64,000 bases of DNA. Source: Acidobacteriota bacterium. GTDB lineage: Bacteria; Acidobacteriota; UBA6911; RPQK01; JAJDTT01. The DNA is taken from the NCBI GenBank assembly GCA_965217775.1, contig CBDCJH010000002.1, positions 864,001 through 928,000 on the forward strand, written 5' to 3'. The position numbers and the translations under genes were made by a program. The notes under the pieces were generated by a model, which was given only the letters and a program-made list of their open reading frames with translations, was not told the origin of the DNA and did no database searches. Of this stretch, positions 54,544-63,682 are shown one piece after another; the stretch's first letter is position 1; every line of letters starts with the position of its first letter.

Positions 54544-56097
54544 TCACGGTCCGGAACGATCACCCGGTCGGCCGGGTCTCCGAATCCGGCGAACGTGCAG
54601 AACGTAACTGACGGCGAGTCCTACGGCCAGGTTCGCCACCAGGGCTCCAGGGGCGATCCAGATGAAGCTCACGGGATCCTCGCCGGTCACCGGGTGCATG
54701 CCGAAGATTGGTCCCGAGTAGGCCAGGAGGATCGCCGTGGTCATGCCGGAGACGGTGCCCGCGGCCACGCCGGCGGGCCGGGCGAAGGGCACGAAGAAGG
54801 CGAAGAAGAAGAGTCCGAACATGGGTGTCATCAGCAATCCCGAGGTCTTCTTGGCCACCGCGAAGATGTTACCCGGGACCGCCCCCATGTAAGAGCTTCC
54901 CCCCACCACGACGGCGCCGACGACGAAGGCCAGGATCTTGGCCCAGCGGGCTTGGGTCCGGGGATCGGAGGGCAGCCAGCCGAACCGGTCCAGGAAGTCG
55001 CGGTTGACGACGGCGGTGATGGAGTTCACCCCCGAGTCGATGCTGGACATGGCGGCGGCCAGCATGGCTGCCGCCACCAGGCCTGAGATTCCCGGTGGCA
55101 ACAGGTGGGCGATGAAGTAGGGAAACAGGCTGTCGCCGTTGCGAACGATGTCCATTCCGGCGGGCAGGATGTCAGGATGGCTCCGGACCAGTCCCATCAG
55201 AGCGAACCCCACCACCCAGAGCACCAGAACCACCGTCACGCCCACGATCTGGTTGACCAGGTAGGCCTGCCGGGCGGCCCGGGCGTCGACGGTGGCCATC
55301 AGGCGCTGGATCTTGGTCTGGTCGCCTGCCAATCCGCAGCTCGCCAGGACGAAGGTGGAGAAGGCCGTGCCCAGGACGCTGAGGCGGACGGAAGGATCGA
55401 AGCTGATCAGGGGCTGCTCGTCCCAGTGAGGTTGCCAGGAGGTGGGGAACCATCCGAAGTCCCCCACTCGATAAGTCACCAGGCCGATCACCAGGATCGC
55501 GCCGCCCAGCATCAGGAGGGTCTGAAAGCTGTCGGTGATGACCACGGCCCGGAGGCCGCCCAGAGAGGTGTAGGTCACGGCCACCATTCCGGTGATCAGG
55601 CTGATCCAGGGAATCCAGGATTCGTCCAGGCCCATCATGATGGACAGGGCGTTGGCGCCCAGAAAGACCAGGAGCGACATCCAGACCAGGCGAAAGATGA
55701 GGAACAAGAAGGCGCCCAGCATCCGGATGCCCAGACCCAGGCGAGCCTCCAGCAGTTCGTAGGCGCTGATGACCCGTTTCCGCATGAAATGGGGAATGAA
55801 GACGAAGCCGACCACCAGGAAGATGAAGGGATGCGCGAGCTGATTGGCCAGACCCACCGGCCCGTTGGCGATGGCCTCACCCGGAATGGCGAGGAAGGCG
55901 ATGGTGCTGAGCGAGGTGGCCATGAGGGAGACCCCGATCAGATTGGGGTTCATGCGGCCGCCGCCGGTGAAGTATTCCTCCAGGTTGGTCTGCCGGCGGG
56001 TGTAGTAGCTCCCCAAAAGGATGGTGCCTGCGGCGTAGAGGACGATGATGATCCAGTCGATGGGCGCCAGGCCCCCGCTGCTCTCGAACAGGTTCAT
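54544..56097 (-). CDS. Sodium:solute symporter
   Basis: SAYELLEARLG, GGLRAVVITD, AAAMSSIDS. Confidence 0.92.
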   Translation of the reverse strand: MNLFESSGGLAPIDWIIIVLYAAGTILLGSYYTRRQTNLEEYFTGGGRMNPNLIGVSLMATSLSTIAFLAIPGEAIANGPVGLANQLAHPFIFLVVGFVFIPHFMRKRVISAYELLEARLGLGIRMLGAFLFLIFRLVWMSLLVFLGANALSIMMGLDESWIPWISLITGMVAVTYTSLGGLRAVVITDSFQTLLMLGGAILVIGLVTYRVGDFGWFPTSWQPHWDEQPLISFDPSVRLSVLGTAFSTFVLASCGLAGDQTKIQRLMATVDARAARQAYLVNQIVGVTVVLVLWVVGFALMGLVRSHPDILPAGMDIVRNGDSLFPYFIAHLLPPGISGLVAAAMLAAAMSSIDSGVNSITAVVNRDFLDRFGWLPSDPRTQARWAKILAFVVGAVVVGGSSYMGAVPGNIFAVAKKTSGLLMTPMFGLFFFAFFVPFARPAGVAAGTVSGMTTAILLAYSGPIFGMHPVTGEDPVSFIWIAPGALVANLAVGLAVSYVLHVRRIRRPGRPGDRSGP

Positions 56098-56146
56098 GTC
56101 GCAATAACGCCGGCGATTCCCTCGAATTCAGGACAGAGACTGGCAC

Positions 56147-56566
56147 TCAAATGATCGGAGACAAAGTGGGTATTCGTTGGCGCCGATACTTGCGGTAGAG
56201 TTTGAAGTCGTTGTCGAGAGTGAAGACGACGCTCTCCGGATGCTGTTCGGCCATTCGGACCAGGCAGCCGTCCGCGAGGGACATGGGCACGTTCTGGTAC
56301 TTCTTCAGCAACCGGGAGACGGCGGCGGTTTCTTCGGCAAGGCGAAATGACAGGTCCAAGACGTTGCGGCGGACCATTTCCAGCACGGCCATATGTCCTC
56401 CCGCGAAGGGTCGGACCAGAAAGCAAGCTTCCGCCAGGACGGATTCACAAGTGAGCAGGGGCGGGGCGATCTCAGCCCATTGGTATTTCGCCCAGCGATG
56501 ATGCCGGTCGCGCCGGTTCAACAACGCCACCAGTGGGCCCGTATCCAGGATGACGTCTTTTTTCAT
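56147..56566 (-). CDS. PIN-domain toxin (VapC-like)
   Basis: ILDTGPLVA, LAEA, SLADGCL, TLDNDF. Confidence 0.9.
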   Translation of the reverse strand: MKKDVILDTGPLVALLNRRDRHHRWAKYQWAEIAPPLLTCESVLAEACFLVRPFAGGHMAVLEMVRRNVLDLSFRLAEETAAVSRLLKKYQNVPMSLADGCLVRMAEQHPESVVFTLDNDFKLYRKYRRQRIPTLSPII

Positions 56567-56802
56567 CGGCCGAATTCTTCCAGGTAGTCCTGGTTCGCCG
56601 ACAAGTTTTCGGGCCCGCACAGTATGCCCTCGAGATCGGCCACGCGCGACAGAGCCGACCCGGGTCGTTCGGTCTCCAATCTCCCCAGATACGCGGTCAG
56701 AGCCTCGCGAATCAGTGCGGACTTGCTCATGCCCTTCCGCCGCGCCGTCGCGGTCAACTCAGCGGCCAGAGGGTCAGGCACCTTCAATGAAACGGTATTC
56801 AT
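56563..56802 (-). CDS. CopG/RHH antitoxin
   Basis: VSLKVP...SKSALIREAL; ATGA overlap with the toxin gene. Confidence 0.88.
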   Translation of the reverse strand: MNTVSLKVPDPLAAELTATARRKGMSKSALIREALTAYLGRLETERPGSALSRVADLEGILCGPENLSANQDYLEEFGR

Positions 56803-56860
56803 GGCGTCCTCTGGTAATATCGGATAAGTTTATAGGTATTACCAGGGCCGGCGGCGGACG

Positions 56861-57244
56861 TCAATCCACCACGGCGATCGCCTCGATCTCCACCAGTAGC
56901 GATGGCAGAACCAGACCCGACTGGACGGTGGAGCGGGCGGGCGGCCGTCCTTGAAAGTACTCGTTAAAGACGGCGTTCATCCCTTGGTAGTAGACCATGT
57001 CGCTCAGGAAGACGGTGACCTTGACCACGTCGTCCAACGACGAGCCGGCCGCTTCCAGGGCGGTCTGCAGGTTGTCGAGGGTTTGCCGCGTCTGGGCGCC
57101 GATGTCGCCCTCGCCTACCAGGTTGCTGTCGGCGTCGAAGGCGATCTGTCCTGCCGTGGTGACCACCATCCCTTTCCGAACCACCTGGGAATAAGCGGCG
57201 GCCGGGGTCGGCAGCGACGGGGGATTCAAGCGTTGTGCGTTCAT
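56861..57244 (-). CDS. RidA family protein
   Basis: YSQ, AGQ, PPARST, VEIEAIA. Confidence 0.92.
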   Translation of the reverse strand: MNAQRLNPPSLPTPAAAYSQVVRKGMVVTTAGQIAFDADSNLVGEGDIGAQTRQTLDNLQTALEAAGSSLDDVVKVTVFLSDMVYYQGMNAVFNEYFQGRPPARSTVQSGLVLPSLLVEIEAIAVVD

Positions 57245-57296
57245 GGGCGTCCTCCTTTGCAAGGATTAGATGATCTGTCCCGCATCTTTCATCGGG

Positions 57297-58136
57297 TCAA
57301 CGCGGCGGGATCAGCGCGACGATCCGCACCGGGGCGCCGGTGCCGCCTTCGATCTTCATCGGCAATGCAGCGAGCAGGAATCCGGTCGGCGGCAATGCGG
57401 ACAGATCCGCCACGTTTTCCAGGTTGGGAACATCGGCCTCGGCGCCGATCTGGTGGACGATGAAGTCGGTCGACTGACCGTAGTCGACGCTGGCGGTGTC
57501 GATGCCCAGGAGCCCCACGCCGCGGTCTTCCACGAGCAGGCGCGCCGCCGCTTCACCGATCCCGGGGAAGTGCAAGTTTCCGGTCTCGCCCGGTGTGTCG
57601 TCGCCGAGGTAGGCGAGCGCGTCGGGCCAACGGGGGGCCCAACCGGTCCTGATCAGCACCGCCGATCCCTGTGGCACGCGGCCGTGGGCCTCCTCCCATG
57701 CCAGAACGTCATCGGGGGTGACCAGGTAGTCCGGATCGGCCGCCGCCGACTGGCTGACGTCCAGCACGACGCCCGGCAGGATGAGCCGCTCCAGGGGAAT
57801 CGACTCGGCGGTGGCGCCCCCTTGCGCGAAATGGAAGGGCGCATCGAGGTGCGTGCCGCCATGCTCAGCCGTGGAGAATCGCTTGGCGGCGTAGAAGTAT
57901 CCGCCCGGCGTCTGGCCCTCGGCCAGCGATTCGAGCTGGAAGCCGGTGGTGTCGGTCGGCCAGTAGAGGGTGTCGCCGCCGTAGGCGTGGCTGAGGTCGA
58001 CCATCCGCCAACCGGCGAGGGCCTCCGCTGCGAGAGGCTGCGGCGTTTCGTCAGGCGGAGCACCCCCGCAGGCGGCGAGCTGAACGGCAAGCGCGAGACC
58101 AACAGACAAAGAGAGCGTGCATCTTGGCGCTTGCAT
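57297..58136 (-). CDS. Cyclase family (kynurenine formamidase-like) lipoprotein
   Basis: EHGGTHLDAPFHF, GIDTASVD, GTGAPVR. Confidence 0.9.
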   Translation of the reverse strand: MQAPRCTLSLSVGLALAVQLAACGGAPPDETPQPLAAEALAGWRMVDLSHAYGGDTLYWPTDTTGFQLESLAEGQTPGGYFYAAKRFSTAEHGGTHLDAPFHFAQGGATAESIPLERLILPGVVLDVSQSAAADPDYLVTPDDVLAWEEAHGRVPQGSAVLIRTGWAPRWPDALAYLGDDTPGETGNLHFPGIGEAAARLLVEDRGVGLLGIDTASVDYGQSTDFIVHQIGAEADVPNLENVADLSALPPTGFLLAALPMKIEGGTGAPVRIVALIPPR

Positions 58137-58216
58137 TGACGCCCATCATAAACCGTCCACGCCGGGAGCGGCGACTTTCTTGTCGCCGACCAGGGGGGTT
58201 AGGGGGGACGGAGCCC

Positions 58217-59544
58217 CATAAGAGCTAACTTGATTGCCTGACCACTATCTTGTATAGTGTCGGCATGAGCCAAACGGTAATAAAAGCGGCTGCGAATGAG
58301 GACTGGGACTTGCTGGTGTCATTTTTCCCAGCCAATTGGCTGGATCTGGCGGCCTCGACCGGAGCCCTGAAGGGCCTGCGCAAGGACAAGTCGCCGGAAA
58401 ACCTGTTGCGGACCCTGCTGATCCATCTCGGCTGCGGGCATTCCTTGCGCGAAACCGTGGTGCGGGCTCGGCAAGCGAGCCTGGCAGATCTGTCCGACGT
58501 GGCCCTGCTCAAGCGGCTGAGGAAATCCCGCGACTGGCTCTACGCCCTCTGCGTGGAACTGTTCCGGGAGCATGGCATCGCCGTCTCCAAGAGCGCAGGC
58601 TTCCAAGTGCGGGCGTTCGATGCGACGACCGTGCACGAGCCCGGCCGGACCGGGTCGGTGTGGCGCCTTCACTACAGCGTCAACCTGCCTTCGCTCGGCT
58701 GCGATTTCTTCAAGCTGACCGCATCGCAGGGGCGCGGCACTGGCGAGTCGTTCAGGCAGTTCCCGATCCGGCCGGGCGATTACGTGCTGGCCGACCGCGG
58801 CTACTCGACTGCGGTCGGGATTCAGCACGTCGCGGCTGGCGGAGGGTACGTGACGGTGCGCGTGAACACCGGATCGCTGCTGCTGGAAACCGAGGCTGGC
58901 CAAGCGTTCGACCTGCTCGCAGCCGTGGAAACGCTGCCGCGACCGAGGCCTGTCGGCCGTTGGAGGGTCCGCACCGTGGCCCGGGCCGGGCCACCCGTGG
59001 CGGGCCGGATCTGCGCGGTGCGCAAGACCGACGAAGCCATCGAAGTCGCGCATGCCAAGATCCGCCGGACGGCTCAGCGCAAGGGCAAGCAGGTCCGGCC
59101 CGAAACCCTGCGGTTCGCGCGCTTCGTCATCGTTTTCACAACCTACCCAGCGGAGGCATTCCCAGCGGCCGATGTGCTGGAGTGGTACCGCCTCCGCTGG
59201 CAAGTCGAACTGGTCTTCAAGCGCTTCAAGTCCCTGGCCCAGCTCGGGCACCTGCCGAAGCACGATGACGCAAGCGCCCAGGCTTGGTTGTATGGCAAGC
59301 TGCTGGTGGCGCTGCTGGTCGAAAAGATGGTCCGCCATGCGCGGACCATTTCCCCCTGGGGATACGACGTCGCGACCGGACAGGACTCCCAGCCCGTGGC
59401 GTGACTTCAAATTCGCATTGAACCAAGTCACGCGAGCCATCGAGCGGGCGTATTCCCTAAGACGCATGGTCGCCGAATGGCACGAAATCTCGGCGTCTTT
59501 GGCAGAACCTCCCCGGAGAAGGTCCAATCAAATTAGCTCTTATG
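58217..59544 (+). mobile_element. IS4-family element
   Basis: 20-bp TIRs CATAAGAGCTAA(C/T)TTGATTG; 11-bp TSD GGACGGAG(C/T)CC. Confidence 0.92.
58265..59404 (+). CDS. IS4-family DDE transposase
   Basis: FDAT, LADRGY, YRLRWQVELVFKRFKS (YREK). Confidence 0.92.
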   Translation: MSQTVIKAAANEDWDLLVSFFPANWLDLAASTGALKGLRKDKSPENLLRTLLIHLGCGHSLRETVVRARQASLADLSDVALLKRLRKSRDWLYALCVELFREHGIAVSKSAGFQVRAFDATTVHEPGRTGSVWRLHYSVNLPSLGCDFFKLTASQGRGTGESFRQFPIRPGDYVLADRGYSTAVGIQHVAAGGGYVTVRVNTGSLLLETEAGQAFDLLAAVETLPRPRPVGRWRVRTVARAGPPVAGRICAVRKTDEAIEVAHAKIRRTAQRKGKQVRPETLRFARFVIVFTTYPAEAFPAADVLEWYRLRWQVELVFKRFKSLAQLGHLPKHDDASAQAWLYGKLLVALLVEKMVRHARTISPWGYDVATGQDSQPVA

Positions 59545-59709
59545 GGACGGAGTCCCCCCTCTACACTTTCCGGCCACCGAATCGCATAGCCACACAGAAG
59601 AGCAGACGACAAGAAAGTCGTTTGTCCCAGGAGGCGGCAAGAAAACCGCCTCTCCCAGTGGGCGACAAGAAAGTCGCCTGTACCCTTCTCAAGTAGTCTT
59701 TAGGGAACT

Positions 59710-59880
59710 TCGCCCACGGTGGGTGAAGAGGGCCAACCGGCCGGGAGCTACCATAAAGCCGCAGCGCTCTCAGAGCACCTGGAGGGGACTCGTGCCCCGG
59801 CCGGTTGCCGCGATGGAGGCCCCGTGGGAAGTTTGGATCCACGAATGCCAGTACAGGAATTGGTCCGGATCGCGGCGGCC
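59710..59880 (+). ncRNA. Predicted IS110 bridge RNA
   Basis: Two stem-enclosed internal loops whose segments match the target (AAAGCCGC, GGAGGGG) and the donor (GGGAAGT, GTACAGG); ends approximate. Confidence 0.8.
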
Positions 59881-59911
59881 CGACGTCCATTTAATCACTA
59901 GGAGGTTCGGG

Positions 59912-61159
59912 ATGAAACCAAGTCAATGGTTTGTGGGGGTCGATTGGGCGTCCCAGGCGCACCAAGTCTGCGTCGTGGATGAGCGAGGCACCTGTCAGGG
60001 ACAGCGCAGCTTCCCGCACAGCGGTTCGGGCCTGGCCCAGATGGCCGACTGGATCCTGCAGCAGACGGGGACGAGAGCGGAGGCCGTCTCGGTGGCGATT
60101 GAAGTGCCGCACGGTCCGGTGGTGGAGTTTTTGATGGGGCGATGCTTTGTCGTGTATGCCATCAATCCAAGGCAGGTGGATCGATTCCGCGACCGCTTCT
60201 CGCCGGCGGGCGCCAAGGATGACCGCCGCGATGCCCGGGTGCTGGCCGACGCGATCCGAACCGACGGGGATCGCTGGCAACAGCTCGAACCGGTCGATTC
60301 TGAAATGATCCAACTGCGCGAGTTGTCCAGACTGGGTGCGCAGTTGACCCGCGATCGGACCCGGCTTCTCAACCGCCTGCGCCAACAACTCTGGCGCTAC
60401 TATCCGCAGTTCCTACACCTGAGTAAGGATCTCGCCGAGCCCTGGGTGATGGCAGTGTGGAAGCTGGCCCCGACACCGGATGCGGCCCGGAAGCTGCGTC
60501 CGAGCCGGGTCGCCAAGATGTTGAAACACCATCGGATCCGGCGCATCGACGCCCCCGAGGTCCTGCGTCGCTTGCGGGTACGCTCCATCCCGGTCGCCCC
60601 GGGCACCACCCAGGCGATGAGGGTCCACATCGAAAGTCTCGGTGAGCGCCTGGCCGTGGTGCGGAACCAACTCCGGGACATCTCTCGTGAGCTCGACCGT
60701 TTGATCCGGGCTTGGGAGAAGCGGTGCGAGTCGACCCCGGGGCCCCAAGGACCGTCCCGGGACGTGGCGATCCTCGCCTCCCTGCCCGGGGTCGGCCGAA
60801 TCGTTCTGGCCACCCTGCTCTCGGAAGCCTTCGATCCGCTCCGGCGCCGAGATTACGCCGCCTTGCGCTGTCTGTGCGGGGTCGCCCCCGTGACCCGGCG
60901 TTCCGGCAAATACACCCGGGTCGTGCGCCGCCAGGCCGTGCATCCTCGTTTACGGGAGGCGGCCTATCATTGGTCCCGCGTGGCCACGCAACACGACCTC
61001 ACCAGCAAGGCCAAGTACGCTGCCCTGCGGGAGCGCGGCCACGGCCATGCCCGGGCCCTGCGGTCCGTTGCCGATCGCCTGCTGGCGGTGGCCTGCGCCA
61101 TGTTGAGAAACCAGACCGTGTACGATGCGAATCATGTGAGGCAGCGCCGTGCTGCTTGA
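59912..61159 (+). CDS. IS110 DEDD recombinase
   Basis: VGVDWA, AIE, AKDDRRDA, SLPGVG, APVTRRSGK; AGGAGG RBS. Confidence 0.95.
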   Translation: MKPSQWFVGVDWASQAHQVCVVDERGTCQGQRSFPHSGSGLAQMADWILQQTGTRAEAVSVAIEVPHGPVVEFLMGRCFVVYAINPRQVDRFRDRFSPAGAKDDRRDARVLADAIRTDGDRWQQLEPVDSEMIQLRELSRLGAQLTRDRTRLLNRLRQQLWRYYPQFLHLSKDLAEPWVMAVWKLAPTPDAARKLRPSRVAKMLKHHRIRRIDAPEVLRRLRVRSIPVAPGTTQAMRVHIESLGERLAVVRNQLRDISRELDRLIRAWEKRCESTPGPQGPSRDVAILASLPGVGRIVLATLLSEAFDPLRRRDYAALRCLCGVAPVTRRSGKYTRVVRRQAVHPRLREAAYHWSRVATQHDLTSKAKYAALRERGHGHARALRSVADRLLAVACAMLRNQTVYDANHVRQRRAA

Positions 61160-61428
61160 TCCGGATCTGGACCGAGGGACGTTATAGGCTCCACCCTGGT
61201 GCGGTCGCTCCAGAAGCTCAAGAGCGATGTCCATCCGGGCGACCATGGACTGGACCCGGGGATCGCTTCACCAGGTCAATGGGAACCACCGTACCAGAGA
61301 GGACCCCCAGGGGGAGGCCCGGCGAAGGGAGCGTAGCGACCGCAGCGGGGCCTCCCCCTGGGGGTCAAATCTCGCTTGAAGAAGGGTGGGAAGTCCCCTC
61401 CTAGTAGACGACAAGAAAGTCGCCTCTC

Positions 61429-61778
61429 CTAGTCGTAGCTCCTTGTCCGGCGCTGGCCCATGTAGAGTTCCCGGATCCGGGCCAGGTCCCGGTCGTAGCG
61501 GCCGTCTCGAAAGTCGGGGAACGCCCACTCCAGAGGCCGGTACCGGCCCTTCCGGTAGCGGCTCATCAGGTCGGCGTAGACGCCCTGGCCCAGGTGGATC
61601 TTCTGGCCGGCGAACTTCATGCTGGCCAGGACCACCTTGCTGTGGTCTAGATAACCCGCGTCCAGATTGACCCGCCGCCGGCCCTGACGGGCCAAGCGCT
61701 CCTCGATCCGGTTGCACGTCAGCTTCATCTCCGGAAGGGATTCCGGCGGAATCATTCGGGAGAAGCTCATGAGGCGCC
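61429..61778 (-). pseudogene. Duplicated 3' part of the DUF4416 gene
   Basis: Diverged direct repeat of 63164-63495. Confidence 0.85.
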
Positions 61779-61937
61779 TTAGTCGGCGACTCGGGCCCCC
61801 TGTTGGCGGGCGTAGAGACGCGCCGCGGTAGAATTATGAATAGAGGTCAGTTCGGATGGACATGTAGTCCCATTCAAAGACCGTACCTTGCCTTCGAGTC
61901 TTGGGCTCAGTGGATGGATCGGAGTTAATCCAGAGTA

Positions 61938-62388
61938 CTATCGTTTTTCTTCCACTGCCGGATGAATTGCGGTTATGCATTCGGCAATCATGTCGCCAAT
62001 CAGCTCCGCCTCTGGTGAGTCTGCCGGAGGCAGTCCCAAGATCTCGCTATGGGACGGGTCGTCTGTATAGGTATCTTCTGCGGCTAACGGCCGGTTCACA
62101 AACCGGACGCCATCCAGTTCATCATGAACATATTGCTTTGTGGAGCCCACGTGTAGTTCAGCTAATCGGCCATTCCTGCCCTTTTGCAACCTGATCAGCT
62201 GCCTCACACGCTGAAGTTGCCGAGGTTTGGAAAGCCCTTCAAAACATTCCAGCCAATGGACGGACAAGCCGGCCTCTTGACGATCGGAGTTGGAATGCCT
62301 CGCCGCCTACGGTCCCGTCTTCGCGAACCAGAGTAGGTCTGGCATAGCGGACCACGTGGCTGTCGTCTGTCAGGTCTTCGCATGTCAT
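61938..62388 (-). pseudogene. Frameshifted small toxin-like gene
   Basis: MTCEDL..HVVRY..AFQLR continues in another frame as EAGLSVHWLE..DPSHSEI, with the shift near 62280. Confidence 0.55.
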
Positions 62389-62819
62389 GCGTTCAACAAT
62401 GGTTCCAAGCCGAAAGCTCGAATTTGGCTCTTGACTCCGTCCAATGTGTCCGTGCCGGCCACGCGAGAAATGCCCGATGCAGACGAACGACGTTTGAATA
62501 TTACGCAACTCACGGTCTGCCCGCCGCGAAACTGTATTCCGACATGACTTCCATCATCGTTACGCCAAACGGCTCGAAGATTCCCATTATCGATAAGTAC
62601 CAACGATGCTCTGCCAGAAAAAGGTGCCGATTTTACAAAGGAGTAAAAGTCCTCCTCGGACGGAGAGTGCAGCTCGATCCCTTCAGCTTCTCCCTCGCAG
62701 CAGAGCATCTGGACTCGATCCCGATAAGTGTTGATAGTATCTTGTAACCTCTTGATATTATGGAACTTGTGAGGAGTATATTTATTCAACAGATTCGTGA
62801 GCGAGCAACTATCCAGCAT
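62385..62819 (-). CDS. Hypothetical protein (low GC), coupled to the downstream gene
   Basis: 144-aa ORF with ATGA overlap at 62385-62388. Confidence 0.55.
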   Translation of the reverse strand: MLDSCSLTNLLNKYTPHKFHNIKRLQDTINTYRDRVQMLCCEGEAEGIELHSPSEEDFYSFVKSAPFSGRASLVLIDNGNLRAVWRNDDGSHVGIQFRGGQTVSCVIFKRRSSASGISRVAGTDTLDGVKSQIRAFGLEPLLNA

Positions 62820-63154
62820 TGATACCGGGACGTTAGTTGAAAATCCTGTCGGTGACCGGCAACTTCATCATGCAGACGACTTCCTACGTTTGCCGCCGTT
62901 CCGGATGTGTTACCCACCCGCAACCGACAGACTACCCGTTTCCGCAAGTTGGTCCCCTGAGGCTGCGGCTTTGGCCGATAAAGAGTTCCTGGTGGTCCTC
63001 CCGCACATGCAGTCTTTCGCCAATACAGATGGGACGTGCCTTGAAGATCTCCACCTGAGCGTCGTCTCGAACGTATGAAAAGTTACCGCCATTACTCCAA
63101 GCGCGTCAAATCCACCGCGCGAGAGTGTATGAGGTCCGAGCGATATTTGCGGGC

Positions 63155-63682
63155 CTATCGGGCCCGGCGCCAAGCCATGTAGAGTTCCCGGATCCGGGCT
63201 AGGTCCCGGTCGTAGCGGCCGTCTCGAAAGTCGGGGAACGCCCACTCCAGAGGGCGGTACCGGCCCTTCCGGTAGCGGCTCATCAGGTCGGCGTAGACGC
63301 CCTGGCCCAGGTGGATCTTCTGGCCGGCGAACTTCACGCTGGCCAGGACCACCTTGCTGTGGTCCAAATAACCCGCGTCCAGATTGACCCGCCGCCGGCC
63401 CTGACGGGCCAGCCGTTCCTCGATCCGGTTGCACGCCAGCTTCACCTGCGGAAGGGATTCCGGCGGGATCATTCGGGAGAAGCTCACGAGGCGCCGTCGC
63501 AGCGACGGTCCCATCTCTTTTTCGTAGTAGTCGGTGACGTCAAATGGATGGTCGGCTCCACTGAAGTCGATGGTTCCCCACTTGAGTTCCAATTGCTCCA
63601 GCGCCATGTCGCGGGATTGAACACCAGCCCAGAGGAGGGCCACCAGGAGCTTGACCGGCTCCACCGCTTCAACTTGAGCCAC
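63155..63682 (-). CDS. DUF4416 family protein
   Basis: TDYYEKEMG, RRVNLDAGYL, IHLGQGVYADL, WAFPDF. Confidence 0.85.
   Translation of the reverse strand: MAQVEAVEPVKLLVALLWAGVQSRDMALEQLELKWGTIDFSGADHPFDVTDYYEKEMGPSLRRRLVSFSRMIPPESLPQVKLACNRIEERLARQGRRRVNLDAGYLDHSKVVLASVKFAGQKIHLGQGVYADLMSRYRKGRYRPLEWAFPDFRDGRYDRDLARIRELYMAWRRAR

Larger units (their letters stand above)
58164..59628. repeat. REP doublet interrupted by IS4
   Basis: 58164-58216 plus 59545-59628 match the reverse complement of 28133-28256; further REP copies near 59631, 59660 and 61405. Confidence 0.8.
59679..61396 (+). mobile_element. IS110-family element inserted in a REP at a CC core
   Basis: Junctions AAAGTCG-CC-TGTAC and GGGAAGT-CC-CCTCC; removing the element restores the REP. 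Confidence 0.9.

Noticed and set aside
56147-56802. RHH-PIN pair as a novel system
   Set aside because: Ordinary VapBC-type toxin-antitoxin module
58319-59527. 402-aa minus-strand ORF
   Set aside because: Antisense shadow of the IS4 transposase
59679-63495. IS110 length (1718 bp) nearly equals the DUF4416 duplication offset (1717 bp)
   Set aside because: No shared sequence or mechanism; regarded as coincidence
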